The notes beneath the pieces are model-generated. The model saw only the letters and a program-made list of their open reading frames with translations, was not told where the DNA came from and ran no database searches. This document shows positions 12,060 to 26,120 of a stretch of DNA of 64,000 nucleotides, one piece after another; positions within the stretch are counted from its first letter, which is position 1; every line of letters begins with the position of its first letter. Position numbers and translations under genes: made by a program. Source of the stretch: Mobula hypostoma (Eukaryota); assembly GCF_963921235.1 (NCBI RefSeq), contig NC_086107.1:95606001-95670000 (forward strand), given 5' to 3'.

Positions 12060-15000
12060 CGGCTAAGAGAGGCAGATAATAGACTCTCTTTGTCTAGAGA
12101 GTCTTCGGCGAGGAGGCTGAGGGAGGAGACTACGCCACAGTTGGAGAGGGTGAGAAGTGGTGAAGAAATGACAGGACAACTGATTCAGTGTGCTTCTTGC
12201 ATGATGTGAGAGGTCAGGACGTTGATGGTGCCTCTGACTGCTACAAATTTTGGAAATTGTGTCCAGGTTCAGCTCCTGAAGGACCGTGTTGAGGCACTGG
12301 AGAGGCAACTGGATGACCTCAGGGTCATCCAGGAAACAGAGATTTTTCTGGACAGGACCTGTAGTGGGATCGTTACACTGAAGATACCGGAAGAGAGAAA
12401 GGGGCTGATGATGAGGAAGGGATGGATGCTTGGAGTACAGGAGACCCCGGGGGGATGTGCCTCTTGAAAAAAGGTTCACCCTCTTGGAAGCTGTCGGGAC
12501 AGAAGACAGTGCCAGTCTGAGAGGCGGACAGGTCTGCAAGTCAAAAATTGGCGCTGAAACAAAGCCGAGGAGACAGATGTCAGCCACAGCCGTGGTAATA
12601 GGGGACTCCATAGTGAGAGGTACAGATAGGGGTTTCTGCGGCAACAGGTGGGATTTAAGGATGGTGTGTTGCCTCCCTGGTGCTAGGATCCAGGACATCA
12701 GGGACCGATTGCAGGGCATCCTCACAGGTGAAGGTGAACATCCGGAGGTGGTGGTGCATGTCGGCACAAATGACGTCGGGAAGAAGATGAGAGACATTTT
12801 GCAGCGTGACTTCGGAGCACTCTGAAGAAGGCTGAAAAGCAGGACCTCCAGGGTGGTTATATCGGGTTTGCTTCCAGTTCCTTGTGCTGGAGAGGACAGG
12901 AACAGGGAAATAGGGGATCTGAATGTGTGGCTGAGGAGCTGGTGCGGGAAGCAGGGATTTAGATTCTTGGACCACTGGGATCTGTTTTGGGGTAAGGATG
13001 AATTGTACAGAGGGGACAGGTTGCACCTTAACAGACGAGGGACCAGCGTTCTGGCAGGCAGGTTTGCCACTACTACACGGGTGTGTTTAAACTAAGTAGT
13101 GGGGGGAGGGGTGAACTGGAAATTTAAGAATGGAGTTAAAGGGAATGAGAGAATAAGAAAAGTTAAGAAAGACAACAGAATTAAAGGGGCGGAAAGCTCA
13201 GGAAGGGATCGGAGAGTATGGCCAAGTGCAACAGGAATCGATGTAAAAGGTGAGGAGAGTAATGGATTAAAAGTATTATATATGAATGCATGGAGTATAA
13301 GAAATAAAGTGGATGAGCTTGAGGCTCAGTTGGAAATTGGCAAGTATGATGTTGTGAGAATAATAGAGACATGGCTGCAAGAGGACCAGGGCTGGGAAAT
13401 GAATATTCAGGGATATACATCCTATCGAAAGGACAGACAGGTTGGCAGAGGGGGGTGAGGTGGCTCTGCTGGTGAGGAATGAAATTCAGTCACTTGCCAG
13501 GAGTGACACAGAATCAGGAGATGTAGAGTCAGTGTGGATAGAACTGAGAAACTGTAAGGGCAAAAAGACCCTGATGGGAGTTATCTACAGGCCACCAAAC
13601 AGTAGCCTGGATATAGGGTGCAAGTTCAATCAAGAGTTAAAATTGGCATGTCGCAAAGGTAATTGTACAGTTGTTATGGGGGATTTCAACATGCAGGTAG
13701 ACTGGGAAAATCAGGTTGGTACTGGATCCCAAGAAAGGGAGTTTGTGGAATGCCTCAGAGATGGATTCTTAGAGCAGCTTGTATTAGAGCCTACCAGGGA
13801 GAAGGCAATTCTGGATTTAGTGTTGTGTAATGAGCCAGATTTGATAAAGGAACTCGAGGTGAAGGAGCCATTAGGAGGTAGTGACCATAATATGATATGT
13901 TTTAATCTACAATTTGAGAGGGAGAAGGGAAGATCGGAAGTGTCAGTATTACAGTTGAAGAGAGGGGACTATGGACCCATGAGAGAGGAGCTGGCCAAAG
14001 TTGACTGGAAAGATACCCTAGCAGGGATGACAGTGGAACAACAATGGCAGGTATTTCTGGGAATAATACAGAAGGTGCAGGATCAGTTCATTCCAAAGAG
14101 GAAGAAAGATTCTAAGGGGAGTAAGGGGCGACCGTGGATGACAAGGGAAGTCAAGGACAGTATAAAAATAAAAGAGAGGAAGTATAACATAGCAAGGATG
14201 AGCGGGAAGCCAGAGGATTGGGAGGCTTTTAAGGAGCAACAGAAGATAACTAAAAAGGCAATACGGAGGGAAAAGATGAGGTACGAAGGTAAGCTAGCCA
14301 AGAATATAAAGGAGGATAATAAAAGCTTCTTTAGGTTTGTGAAGAGGAAAAAATTAGTTAAGACCAAAGTTGCGCTCTTGAAGGCAGAAATGGGTGAAAT
14401 TATTATGGGGAAGAAGGAAATGGCAGACGAGCTGAACAGGTACTTTGGATCTGTCTTCACTAGGGAAGACACAAACAATCTCCCAGATGTAATGGTGGCC
14501 AGAGGACCTAGGGTAACAGAGGAACTGAAGTAAATTCACATCAGGCAGAAAATGGTGATGGGTAAACTGATGGGACTGAACGCTGATAAATCCCCAGGGC
14601 CTGATGGTCTGCATCCCAGGGTACTTAAGGAGGTGGCTCTAGAAATCGTGGATGCATTGGTAATCATTTTCCAATGTTCTATAGATTCAAGATCAGTTCC
14701 TGCGGATTGGAGGGTAGCTAATGTTATCCCACTTTTTAAGAAAGGAGGGAGAGAGAAAACAGGCAAATATAAACCAGTTAGTCTGACATCAGTGGTGGGA
14801 AAGATGCTGTAATCAATTATAAAAGATGAAATAGCGGCATGTTTGGATAGCAGTGGCAGGATAGGTCCGAGTCAGCATGGATTTACGAAGGGGAAATCAT
14901 GCTTGACTAATCTTCTGGAATTTTTTGAGAATGTAACTATGAGAATGTACATGGGAAAGCCAGTGGATGTAGTGTACCTGGACTTTCAGAAAACCTTTGA

Positions 15001-16164
15001 TAAGGTCCCACATAGGAGGTTAGTGGGCAAAATTAGTGCACATGGTATTGGGGGTAGGGTACTGACATGGATAGAAAATTGGTTAGCAGACAAGAAACAG
15101 AGTAGGGATTAATGGGTCCTTTTCAGAATGGCAGTGAGTGACTATTGGGGTACCGCAAGGCTCGGTGCTGGGACCGCAGCTATTTACAATATACATTAAT
15201 GATTTAGATGAAGGGATTAAAAGTAACATTAGCAAATTTACAGATGACACAAAGCTGGGTAGCAGTGTGAAATGTGAGGAGGATGTTATGAAAATGCAGG
15301 GTGACTTGGACAGGCTGGGTGAGTGGCTAGATGCATGGCAGATGCAGTTTAATGGGGATAAATGTGAGGTTATCCACTCTGGTGGCAAGAACAGGAAGGC
15401 AGATTACTACCTGAATGGTGTCAAGTTAGGAAAAGGGGAAGTACAACGAGATCTAGGTGTCCTTGTTCATCAGTCACTGAAAGTAAGCATGCAGGTACAG
15501 CAAGCAGTGAAGAGAGCTAATGGCATGTTGGCCTTCATAACAAGGGGAGTTGAGTATAGGAGCAAAGAGGTCCTTCTGCAATTGTACGTGGCCCTGGTGA
15601 GACCACAGCTGAGTATTGTGTACAGTTTTGGTCTCCAAATTTGAGCAAGGACATTCTAGCTATTGAGGGAGTGCAGCGTAGGTTCACGAGGTTAATTCCC
15701 GGGATTGCGGGACTGTCATATGTTGAAGGATTGGAGTGACTGGGGTTGTATACACTGGAATTTAGAAGGATGATAGGGGATCTGATTGAAACATATAAGA
15801 TTATTAAGGGATTGGACACGCTAGAGGCAGGAAACATGTTCTCGATGTTGGGGGAGTCCAGAACCAGAGGCCACAATTTGAGAATAAGGGGTAGACAATT
15901 TAGAATGGAGTTGAGGAAAAACTTTTTCACACAGAGGGTTGTGGTTCTGTGGAATGCTCTGCCTCAGAAGGCAGTGGAGGCCAATTCTCTGGATCCTTTC
16001 AAGAAAGGGTTAGATAGAGCTCTTAAAGATAGCGGAGTGAAGGGATATGGGGAGAAAGCAGGAAAAGGGTGCTGATTGTGGATAATCAGCCATGATCACA
16101 GTGAATGGTGGTGCTGTCTCGAAGGGCTGAATGGCCTACTCCTGCACCTGTTGTCTATTGTCTA
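12060..16164 (+). mobile_element. Near full-length, inactivated CR1-clade LINE (ORF1 with SGNH esterase; ORF2 with APE endonuclease and RT)
   Basis: ORF1 remnants CxxC, coiled coil, VIGDSIVR, VHVGTND and LHLN (12168-13095). ORF2 remnants YRPPNS, GDFN, SDHN, KSPGPDG, QHGF, GVPQGSVLGP and FTDD. Several stops and frameshifts. Short tandem 3' tail. Confidence 0.95.
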
Positions 16165-16849
16165 AGTGGCTCCTAGCAGTCATTTTGCCAATCATTTTGC
16201 AATATTGGAGGCTTTAAAGTGCATTAAGGTGGATAAAACTCCAGGTCCTGACCTAGTGCATTCTTGTGAGAAGCTAGAGAAGAAATTGTGGAGGCCTTTG
16301 CAGAGATAATTGTTTCATCTCTAGCTTGAGATGATGTTCTGGAGGAATGTAGAACGGTTAATGTGGTGCTATTGTTTAAAGCAGAAACAAATCAGGAAAC
16401 TGCAGGGAATGAGGTTGACATCAATGAGTAAATTGCTTGAGGGAGTGCTAAGGGACAGGATCTACCGATATTTGGAGAGTCAAGGCCTGACTTGGGACAG
16501 TCAGCATGATTTTGTGCGTGAGAGGCCATGTCTGGCAAATTTCTTGAAGGTCTTTAAGGAGGTAAAGAGGTTAGATGAGAGTAACACAGCTAATGTTAAA
16601 TATATGCAGCTTAACACACCTTTGACAAGGTCCCTCACAGCATGCTAGTCTAGAAGGTTGCATTGCATAGGATCTGAGAGAGAAAATAGGCTCAGTGGTA
16701 GGAAGGTTCTACTCTTAGTGAAGTTTGAGGGTTGCCTGTGATTAGGAGTGTGCAAGGAGCTCTGTTGTTATAATTTATATAAACAATCTGGATGTGAATG
16801 TACAAGAAATGGCTGGTAAGTTTGCAAATGATACGGCATTGCTCCCTGT

Positions 16850-19165
16850 TACTATTGACCAAGTACCTGGGGGTGCACCTGGATGATAGACTTGAGTGGA
16901 GCACCAACACAGAGGCTGTGTACAAGAAGGGCAGAGCCGTCTCTACTTCCTGAGGAGACTGATGTCCTTTGAAGTATACAGGGATCTCCTTCACACACTC
17001 TAGCAGTCTGTTGTCGCCAGTATAATCTTCTGTGAGATGGTGTGCTGGGGCAATGGCATCAACACAGGTGATGCCAACAGGCTCAATAAACTGATTAGAA
17101 AGGCTGGCTCTGCTATAAGAGTCAAACTGGACATGCTGGAGGCTGTCGTAGAACAGAAGACCCTGTAGATAGAAACGTAGAAAATCTACAGCACATCACA
17201 GACCCTTCAGCCCACAATGTTGTGCCGACTTACTCTAGAAGCTGCCTAGAATTTCGCTACTGCATAGCCCTTTATTTTTCTAAGTTCCATGTATCTATCT
17301 AAGAATCTTTTAAACAACCCTATTGTATCTGCCTCTACCACCAACGCTGACAGTGCATTCCACACACCCACCACTCTGTGTGAAAATCTTACCTCTGACA
17401 TCTCCCTTGTACCTACTTCCAAGCACCTTAAAACTCTGCCCCCTCATGTTAGCCATTTCAGCCCTGGGAAAAAGCCTCTGGCTATCCACACAATCAATGC
17501 CTCCCATCGTCTTATAGACCTCTATCAGGTCACCTCTCATCCTCCTTTGCTCCAAGGAGAAGAGGCCAAGTTCACTCAACCTATTCTCATAAAGCATACT
17601 CTCCAATCCAGGCAACATCCTTGTAAATCTCCTCTCTCTTATAATGTCCACATCCTTCCTGTAATGAGGTGACCAGAACTGAACACAGTACTCCGTGGGG
17701 TCTAACTAAGGTCTTATACTGTATAGTTGTAACATTACCTCATAGCTCTTGAACTTAATCCCAGTTGATAAAGGCCAACATACCATACGCCTTCTTGACA
17801 ACACTGTCAACCTGCGCAGCAGCTTTTGAGTGTCCTATGGACATGGACCCTAAGATCTCGCTGATCCTCCACACTACCAAGAGTCTTACCATTAATATTA
17901 AATTCTGTCCTCAAGTTTGACCTACCGAAATGAACTACTTCACACTTATCTGGGTTGAACTCCATTTGCCACTTCTCAGCCCAGTTCTGCATCCTATAGA
18001 TGTCCTGCTGTAACCTCTGACAATGTTCCAATTTTTGTGTCATCAGTGAACTTACTAACCCACACTTCTACTTCCTCATCCAGGTCATTTATAAAAATCA
18101 CAAAGAGGAGGGATCCCAGAATAGATCCCTGCAGAACGCCACTGGTCACTGTCCTCCATGCAGAATATGAACCATCCACAACCACCCTTAGCCTTCTGTG
18201 GTCCTGCCAATTCTGGATCCACAAAGCAAGGTTTCCTTGGATCCCATGCCTCATTACCTTCTGAATGAGCCTCGCTTGCAGAACCTTGTCAAATGCCTTA
18301 GTGAAATCCATATACACTACATCCAGTGCTCTAACTTCATCAGTGTGTTTTGTTACATCCTCAAAGAATTTAATCAGGTTTTTAAGGCATGACCTGCCCT
18401 TTTTCAAAGCCATGCTGACGATCCCTAATCAGATGATGTCTTTCCAAATACTCATAAATCTTGCCTCTCAGGATCTTCTCCAACAACTTGCCCACCACTA
18501 AAGTAAGACTTACTGGTTTATAATTTCCTGGGTTATCTCTACTCCCTTTCTTGAACAAAGGAGCAACATTTGCAACCTTCCAATCCTCTGGTACTTTTCT
18601 CTTCCCTATTTATGATGCAAAAATCATCGCCAGAGGCTCAGCAATTTCCTTCCTCGCTCCCACAGTAACCTGGGGTAGGTCTCGTCTGGTCCCAGCGACT
18701 TATCTGACTTAATACTTTTCAAAAGCTCCAGCACATATTCTTTATTAATGTCTATATACTCAAACATTTCAGTCCACTGTACGTCATCCCCACAATTGCC
18801 AAGATCCTTTTCATTGGTGAATACCGACCCTATGGAAGATCCTGTCAGTTCTGGACAATGTTTCTCACCCTTTGCATGCCACCTTGGTTGAACAGATGAG
18901 CACTTTTAATAATAGACTAAGACAACTGCACTGCTCTAAAGAGCGCTATATGAAGTCATTCTTACCTTTGGCCATTAGGCTCTATAATTAGTCAGCCTAT
19001 AGCCGCAGAAATGATGACCCCCCCCCCCCCAGCTCAACTGTTCGAGATAACGTTTTTTATTCTTCTCTTCTAATATCTGTAGATTTGTATATCTGTGCAC
19101 TTCTAATGCTATTGTGACACTAATTTCTTTTGGGATCAATGAAGTATCTATCTATCTATCTTTAA
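16850..19165 (+). mobile_element. Rex1/Babar-type LINE 3' end split by the CR1 insertion
   Basis: KYLGVHLDDRLEWSTNTEAVYKKG-like segment similar to 46410-47315. Ends GGGATCAATGAAG(TATC)n. Confidence 0.75.
17166..18825 (-). mobile_element. CR1 LINE 3' part nested inside a Rex/Babar-type LINE
   Basis: RT pieces YMDFTKAFDKV, QGSILG and FTDD, plus a CR1 tail. The flanks (16850-17165 and 18826-19165) are two halves of another LINE. Confidence 0.88.
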
Positions 19166-19479
19166 TCTATCCAATATAGCTAGTGTAGTAGATGGTGTAC
19201 ACGTTTATGACAAATTACAGAGGGATCTTGATAGACTAGGCACCTGAGCTGAGAATTGATAATTGGCTTTCAATCCAGATAAATGCAAGGTTTTGCATTT
19301 GGAAGATCAAACCTGGGTAGGACGCATTCGGTGAAAGGTAGGGTCCTGGCTTTGTATAGAACAGATGGACTCAGGAGGGCAAGGTGAGGACCAAGAGAAC
19401 TCTAGCCCAGGTCTACTAGGGAGGGGGTGAGAATAGGATAAAGGAATAGAGGGGATGAGAGTGAGGGCTTCAATCTCAG

Positions 19480-20130
19480 GGGTTGGAAGGCCTCGACCTG
19501 AGAACAGAGATAGAGAAACGGCCTGACAGGGAGGCCGTGAGGTGGTTGTAGTCAAGGTAGCTGTGGGAGTCAGTAGTTTATCGTGGATATTGGAGATATG
19601 TGTCCTTGGATGGAGATAGATCAAGGAAGGGAAGAGCAGAGTCTAAGATGGACCAAGTGAACTTGAGGGTGAGATGGAAGTTGGCAGCGAAATGGATAAA
19701 GTTCAGCATCACTACACGAATATAAGATACAATCGTCAAAGTAGCAGAGAAAGAATTGGAGAGTGGTGCCAGATTAGACTTGGAACATGGATAGCTCCAT
19801 GTAGCCAATAAAAAGGTAGCCATAACTGAGGCCCATTCAAGTGCTCATGGCCACGGCTTTAGTGTGGAGAAGGTATAAGGAGCCAGGAGAGAAGTTGTTG
19901 AGGGTAAATACAAGTTCTACCAAACAGGAAGGTGTTGATGGAGGGGAACTGATTGTGTGTATGTTCCAAAAAGCAACAACCTCTGAGGCCTTTCTGAAGT
20001 GTGATAGAAGTGTACAGGAACTGACTATTCTTAGGAAAAATGAGGTGGTGAGGGGTGGGCAGGAAATTTGAAAGTTGTCAAATTGAGAACATGTGAGGTG
20101 TCATGGACATAGGTGGAAAAGGACAGAGCC
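19480..20130 (-). mobile_element. Penelope-like RT remnant
   Basis: The minus strand at ~19800-19860 reads KAVAMST*MGLSYGYLFIGY (Penelope GxAMGxxMGPxYA motif), followed by NFHLTLKFTWSI...LPFLD. Confidence 0.65.
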
Positions 20131-21339
20131 ATGGTAAGTGATATTTTAGAAACATTAAAAGTATAAAAGCCAATTAATTTGAAAGTGAGATCATTGGACA
20201 TCAGAATTCAATGTAAATTGCATTAAGAGAAACATGAATGGAATTTGGATGGTTTAGAGCAACTTTTTTAAGAGTATAAAATATAATGTGCTGGAATACA
20301 ATTTTGAACATTAAGGTACAAGAGAGTATTTTGCAGGTTTATTAGGATTTGTATACTTCCGTGAAATTCAAACTGAAATTTGATATTTTGTTAAGAACAC
20401 AAAATTATGTGGTATTTCAGCAGAGATGTTTGAAGTTAAGATGATTTAGGAGTGAATACTGACTGAACTGAAAAAGACAGAAAATATCAGCAGGAGAACT
20501 AGTCTGTTGTAAGCACTTGGTATTTTAAAAACTGCTGTTGCAAATGTGTACGTAAATACAGCTGGTTTTAACTTGATTAATATTGTCAAAAAAGAAATTT
20601 CCGGTCAAGATGGTGTTTGCATACAACAGTCCTTCGGTTGACATCATTTGGATAGATCATGAAACCATATGCTTCACTTCTTTTATGTCTTTTACTATTG
20701 TTTTTCGTCTTGGATGTGATTCTGGAACTGTTAGAGCCTGTGATTTGCTGTTTAGAGATTGTTTGGGTGTTCCAACACTCTGCAGTCTTTGAGAGATTCC
20801 AGGAGACAGAGGCAGCGTACGCGAACCTCATGGTGGACAGGCTGCGAGCCAATGGTCAATTCTAATTCGCCGATTAAAGCTTCCATTGTTCGCCAATTGA
20901 AGTGACAAGCGTATTGAAACATCGAGGCAAATGCAGAAGCTTGGAGATTGTTCAGGTGCTTCAGTACTCTGCAGTCTCTGCGAGGATTCCAGGAGACAGA
21001 GGCAGCATGTGCGAACTTTGTGGCGAGAAGGCCTGAGGATGGGGCACAAGCTGTTATTTGACTCCATTGTGCTGGTTAAAGGTTCCATTGTTCGCCAATT
21101 AAAGCGATGAGGGAGATTGAAGCATCAAGGTGAATGCGGAGGGTGAGCGCTGGCTGCCTTTTTTATTGATCGATTTGATACAGAGAGGGAAAGGTCTGCC
21201 ACAGGTCCAGAGAGTGTTGCCCAGGTTTTCTGCATTTTGAATGTGTACTTAGACTATAGACTTTTTTTTTGGTCTTATAGTATTTTATATTCTGTGTTTT
21301 TCACCCAAATTTTATTGTCCTTTTTTGTGTGCGTAGGGG

Positions 21340-21692
21340 TATTTGGGGGCTGATGTGCCTATCTGTTTTCGTTTGTGTGGGAGTTAAGATTTGGGGGTCG
21401 ATGTGCTTGTTCCATTTTGTTCATTTATTTTTGTGCAGGAGGAGAGATTTTGGAGCAGATGTGCCTGTTCCATTTTTGTTCTTTTTTTTTTGTGGAAGGA
21501 GGGATTTGGGGATCAATGTGCTTGTTCTGTTCTGCTGGTTTTTTTTGTGCAGGAGGAGGGATTTGGGGGCGGATGTGCCTGTTCCATTTTTGTTCATTTT
21601 TTTTTGTGTGGAAGGAGGGATTTGGGGATCGATGTGCCTGCTCTATTTTGATAATTTTTTTGTGCAGGAGGAGGTATTTGGGGGCTGATGGT
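21340..21692. repeat. Minisatellite, ~6 units of ~57 bp
   Basis: Unit GATGTGCCTGTTCCATTTTTGTTC(T)nGTG..GGAGGGATTTGGGG.. starting near 21352, 21400, 21458, 21514, 21572 and 21631. Confidence 0.85.
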
Positions 21693-22319
21693 TGTGCTGC
21701 CTTTCCTGGTTTCATGGCTACCCAGAGAAGAATTTCAAGTTGTATACTTTGATAATAAATTAACTTCTGAACTTTGAACTTTTTGAATCATGCACACCAT
21801 ATGTCAATGTAGGACTCATATTATACTTATGAAACACGGGGAAGAACCCATGATCCCATGAGTTCATGGAAATAATTTAGATGTATTAGCTCACAATCAT
21901 CAAAATAGTGATTAATCAGTTAATTGATTGTTTTGCATGACAAGTTGCTCTTTGAGCTAGCTGATAAAACTTGCTTTGTAGGAAAGTACTGATAGGGCTT
22001 AACCAATTGAAGAAATAAACAGCACAAGGATTGAACAACAAGTATAATTAGTGGGTGCATCAGAAAATGTTTGGAAAGAAAAATAGAGAAATGAAAGAAT
22101 ATTTGGATTTTTAAAAGCTTTTATATTTCCAAAGCTTAAAATAAATAATTAATTGAACTGAAGTTGAAAAAATGAGACTTGAAACTGTAAAGGTTAATCT
22201 TTGTGCCAGAATGGCTGATGGGCACTAATAAGCAACCAGCATATTGTTGAAGGAATCTATCTGAAAGCTAAATCGGATATATTTAGAAAGAGATCCTGCT
22301 GTCACTTCAGGCTTGTATT

Positions 22320-25010
22320 AAAATTGTACAGCAAGGAAGCAGGCCCTTTGGCCCAACTTGTCCTTGCTAATTTGTTGCACTGAGAGTTAGTCCTATCTGC
22401 TCATGTTTTGACAATAGCCCTCTAAACCTCTACTATCCATGTACTTATCTAGTTGGTGTTTAAGTGTTGCTGAAGTGCCTGCCTCAACCACTATTCCTGA
22501 TGACTCAGTCCAAGTATGCATCACTGTTTGTGTGAAGAAGCTATTCCTGATAGCTCTTTTAAATCTCTCACATCTGATCTTAAATTTATGCCCACTTCTT
22601 TTTAGCATCCTTAGGGAAAAAATACTGTGTGCTTTTACCCTGTCTATCACTCATGGTGTTTTATATCTTTATCAGATGACTTCTTAATGTCCTATGTTCA
22701 ACACTCTCTTTCTCAGAATCATTCTTGTATATGTCCGCTGGACCCTCTCCAATGCCAGCATAGTCTTTCTTAGAGATGAGGCCCTAAAGCAGTCTTATTA
22801 AGCTTCAGCATTACATCCTTGCTTTTATGTTCTTGTCCTCTTGAAATGAATGCTAATATTACATTTATGCTAATATGCATTTGCATTTGCCTTCCTTACT
22901 ACGGACTTAACCTGCAAATTAACCTTTACAAAATCCTGCACTAGAGCTCCCAAGTCCTTTTGGAGATCCGATTTCTGAATTTCCTCCTCATTTAGAAAAT
23001 AGTCTAAATCTTTATTCCTTCTACCAAAGTGCATGACTGTACACTTCCCTACATTGTATTTCATCTGCCACTTATTTGCCCATTATCTTAATCTTCCCAA
23101 GTACTTTTGCAGACCCTCTACTTCCTCAACACTGCTTGCTCCTTCACCTAGCTTTGTATCATCGGCATAATTGACCACTGCATTCCCAGACTTCTCTCTT
23201 CTACCAAGCTCCTCAGTGCCCTACCATTCACTGCAGAAGTCCTACCCAAGTGCAACACCTCACACTTGTCTGCATTAAATTCCCTCTGCCATTTTTCAGC
23301 CTATCTTTCCCGTCTGGTCCATATCCTGCTGCAGGTTTTGATAGCCTTCTTCATGTCAACTACACTTCCATCTTGGTGTCATTCAGAAATTGGCCAATGC
23401 AATTTACCACATTATCATCTAGATCATTGATATAGATTAAAGAACAATGGAACCTGCCCCTTCAACTGTCTTTGTATGATCTGCAAATTTGGCCACAAAG
23501 CCATCTATTCTGTCATCCAAATCGTTAACATTTCATTTTAAAATGAGTGGACCCAACAGCGACCCCTGTTGCTGGTCACTAGCCACTAGCAGTCAACCAG
23601 AAAAAACCGCCTTTGTTCATATTCTTTGCTTTCTGCCTGTTAGCCAAGCGTCTGTCAATGTTAATATCTTTCCTGTAATACCATAGGCTCTTCATAAATA
23701 TACTTTAAGTTACAATAAGAAATATAAACAAAAATATAGTAGTGCAGAAAAGAGAATAAAATAGTGAGGTCGTGTATGTGGGTTCATGGACCATTTGGAA
23801 ATTAGCTATTTGAGGGGAAGAAGCTGTTCCTAAAACATTGAGTGTGTCTTTAGATTAGATTTAGAGTCAGGTATAATATTACTGGCATGTCATGAATTAT
23901 GTTGTGTTGTGGCAACACTACATTGCAATACATAATTAAAAACTATAAAATACAATAAAAAATAAAAATTGAAATAAGTAGCGCAAAAAGTGCAGTAAAG
24001 AAAATATATATATATATAGTGAGGTGGACTGTGTACATGGGTTCATTGTCAATTGAGAGCTAGAAGGGGGCATGAGCAACTTGGTCATAAAGCCATCAAT
24101 TTTGTTATCCAAATTGTTGAGCTATAATGTGAAAAGAAGTGGTCTCAACACTGACCCCTGTGGAACACCACTAATCACTGGTGGCCAACTAGAAAAGGAC
24201 TTCATTATTCCCATTCTTTGCCTCCTGCCAATTAGCCAAACCTTTGTCCATGTTACTCCATGTTAGTATTTTTCCTATAATACCATAGGCTCTAATTTTG
24301 TTTAGCGGCTTCATGTTAGGCATCTTGTCAAAAGCCTTCTGAAAATCCAAGTAATTTACATCCACTGACTTTCCTTTGTCAATCCTCCCAACAGATTTGT
24401 CAAGAAAGATTTCGCCTTAAGGAAATCATGCTAACTGTGGCCTATTTTATCATGTGCCTCCTAGTACCCCGAAACCTCATCTTTAATGTCTCCAACATCT
24501 CACCAACCACTGCAGTCAGGTTAAGTGGCTTGGCCTATAATTTCCTGTCTTTTCCCGCCATCCCTTCTGAAAGAGTCCTCCAGAACCATTCCAAAGTCAA
24601 ATGATTCACTACTAATGCCTCCACAATTTCTTCAGCTATCTGTAGTGTGATCCATCAGGTCCAGGTGACCTATCCACCTTCAGTTCTTTCAGCTTCCTAA
24701 GTACCTTCTCCTTAGTGGCAGCAACTGATCTTCTCTTCTGCCTCCAACACTCTTGAATTTCCTCTCTGGTGCAAAATACTAAATACCATTTCTTTATCCC
24801 CACTAATAACCTCTTCACTGTTACTTTCCACTCTCATCTCTCCTTTACTGTTTTTATATCTTAAAAAAAAAACTTTTGGTATCCTCTTTTATATCAATGA
24901 CCAGCTTCATTCATGTTTCAACTTTTATTTGGTTTTTAAAGGCTTCCCAATCCTCTAGCTTCCCACTAATGACGGTGGGCTGAATGGCCTAATTCTGCTC
25001 CTAAGTCTTA
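22320..25010 (-). mobile_element. Decayed CR1 fragments
   Basis: MKYNVGKCTVMHFG, KVDRSPGPDG and FFTQ.V remnants. Confidence 0.65.
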
Positions 25011-25419
25011 TGTCATAACTTTTGCTATAATTATACAAATGTCTTGTCAGCATTCCTCTGCCTCCCTTGACCACGCCTGATTCTCACCACTGGCGCTGCA
25101 GTCTTCAGTTTTTGCCTGCACACCAGGAGTAGAAGTACAACCAGGTGTGGCAGTGGGATGGCACAGTAAGCATTCTTGATGGTGCTGTAACAATGGTCAG
25201 GTGTGCTCACTCTCTGGTTCTACACGTGGCATTTACTTCTGGGGTGATTTCATTGCAGTGCAGCTCGATGGATACGATTAAATATTCCCATTTCAGTCTT
25301 GATAAGCTGAGAATCACAACTGCTTCCAAGGTCTGTACAGTTAATAAAGATATTTCAATGTGATTGAACAATCTGTCACTGCTTAAAACCAGTGGAAACA
25401 ATGCTGATTGTGGCCATAC

Positions 25420-26120
25420 TGCTCATCAGACTCCTCGAAGGAAATGTGGCTGGTGGTCCGGGATACAGGTGCGTTTAAGAAAATGGGGTTTTGACTCCCT
25501 ATACCGGGTATCTTGCTGACAAACGTAGTCTCTAGTAAATAAAATTGAAGATCTCAGAGCTAGGGAGCTGTATCAGAGGGACATTAGGACCACTTGCATT
25601 CTTTGTTTCATGGAATCCTGGTTAATCCCTCCTGTACTGGACACAGCAATTCAGATTGATGTGTTCCCTATACACCACCAGGATAGGACAGAGGCAGAGG
25701 TGGAGATGTATGCCTTATGATCAACTCCTCTTGGTGCACAAATGTTTCAGTGATGTCCCAATTCTGCTCACCCGACCTGGAGTACCCTGCAATTAAGTGC
25801 CGTCCATTTTACCTGCTGTGGGAGATTTTAGCAATCATTTTGGTAGCAGTGTACGTTCCACCTCAGGCCAATGTCATACAGGCTCTAGATCTGTGGAATG
25901 TGATCAACATGCACGAAACAGCACACCCTGACACCTTCATCGTCATTTTGTGGGGATTTTAATTAGGCCAGCTTGAAAAAGTCACTAAATAATTACCATC
26001 AACAAATCACTTGTACCACCAGAGGGAACAATACACTGGACTACTGTTACACCACCATCAGGAATGAATACCGTGCTATTCCATGCTCACACTTCGGAAA
26101 GTCTGATCATCTGGCTGTAC
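25420..26120 (+). mobile_element. Rex/Babar- or L2-type LINE endonuclease fragment
   Basis: CSPDLEY..IKCRPFYL, AVYVPPQAN and TRGNNTLDYCYT...FGKSDH. Confidence 0.75.

Noticed and set aside
12063..13070. 335-aa minus-strand ORF
   Set aside because: Antisense shadow of CR1 ORF1 with no recognisable motifs.
13442..14533. 363-aa ORF as a host gene or active retrotransposon
   Set aside because: It is a fragment of CR1 ORF2. The element has multiple stops and frameshifts.
21329..21752. Overlapping repetitive ORFs, or a CRISPR-like array
   Set aside because: Tandem minisatellite without unique spacers in eukaryotic DNA. The ORFs are by-products.
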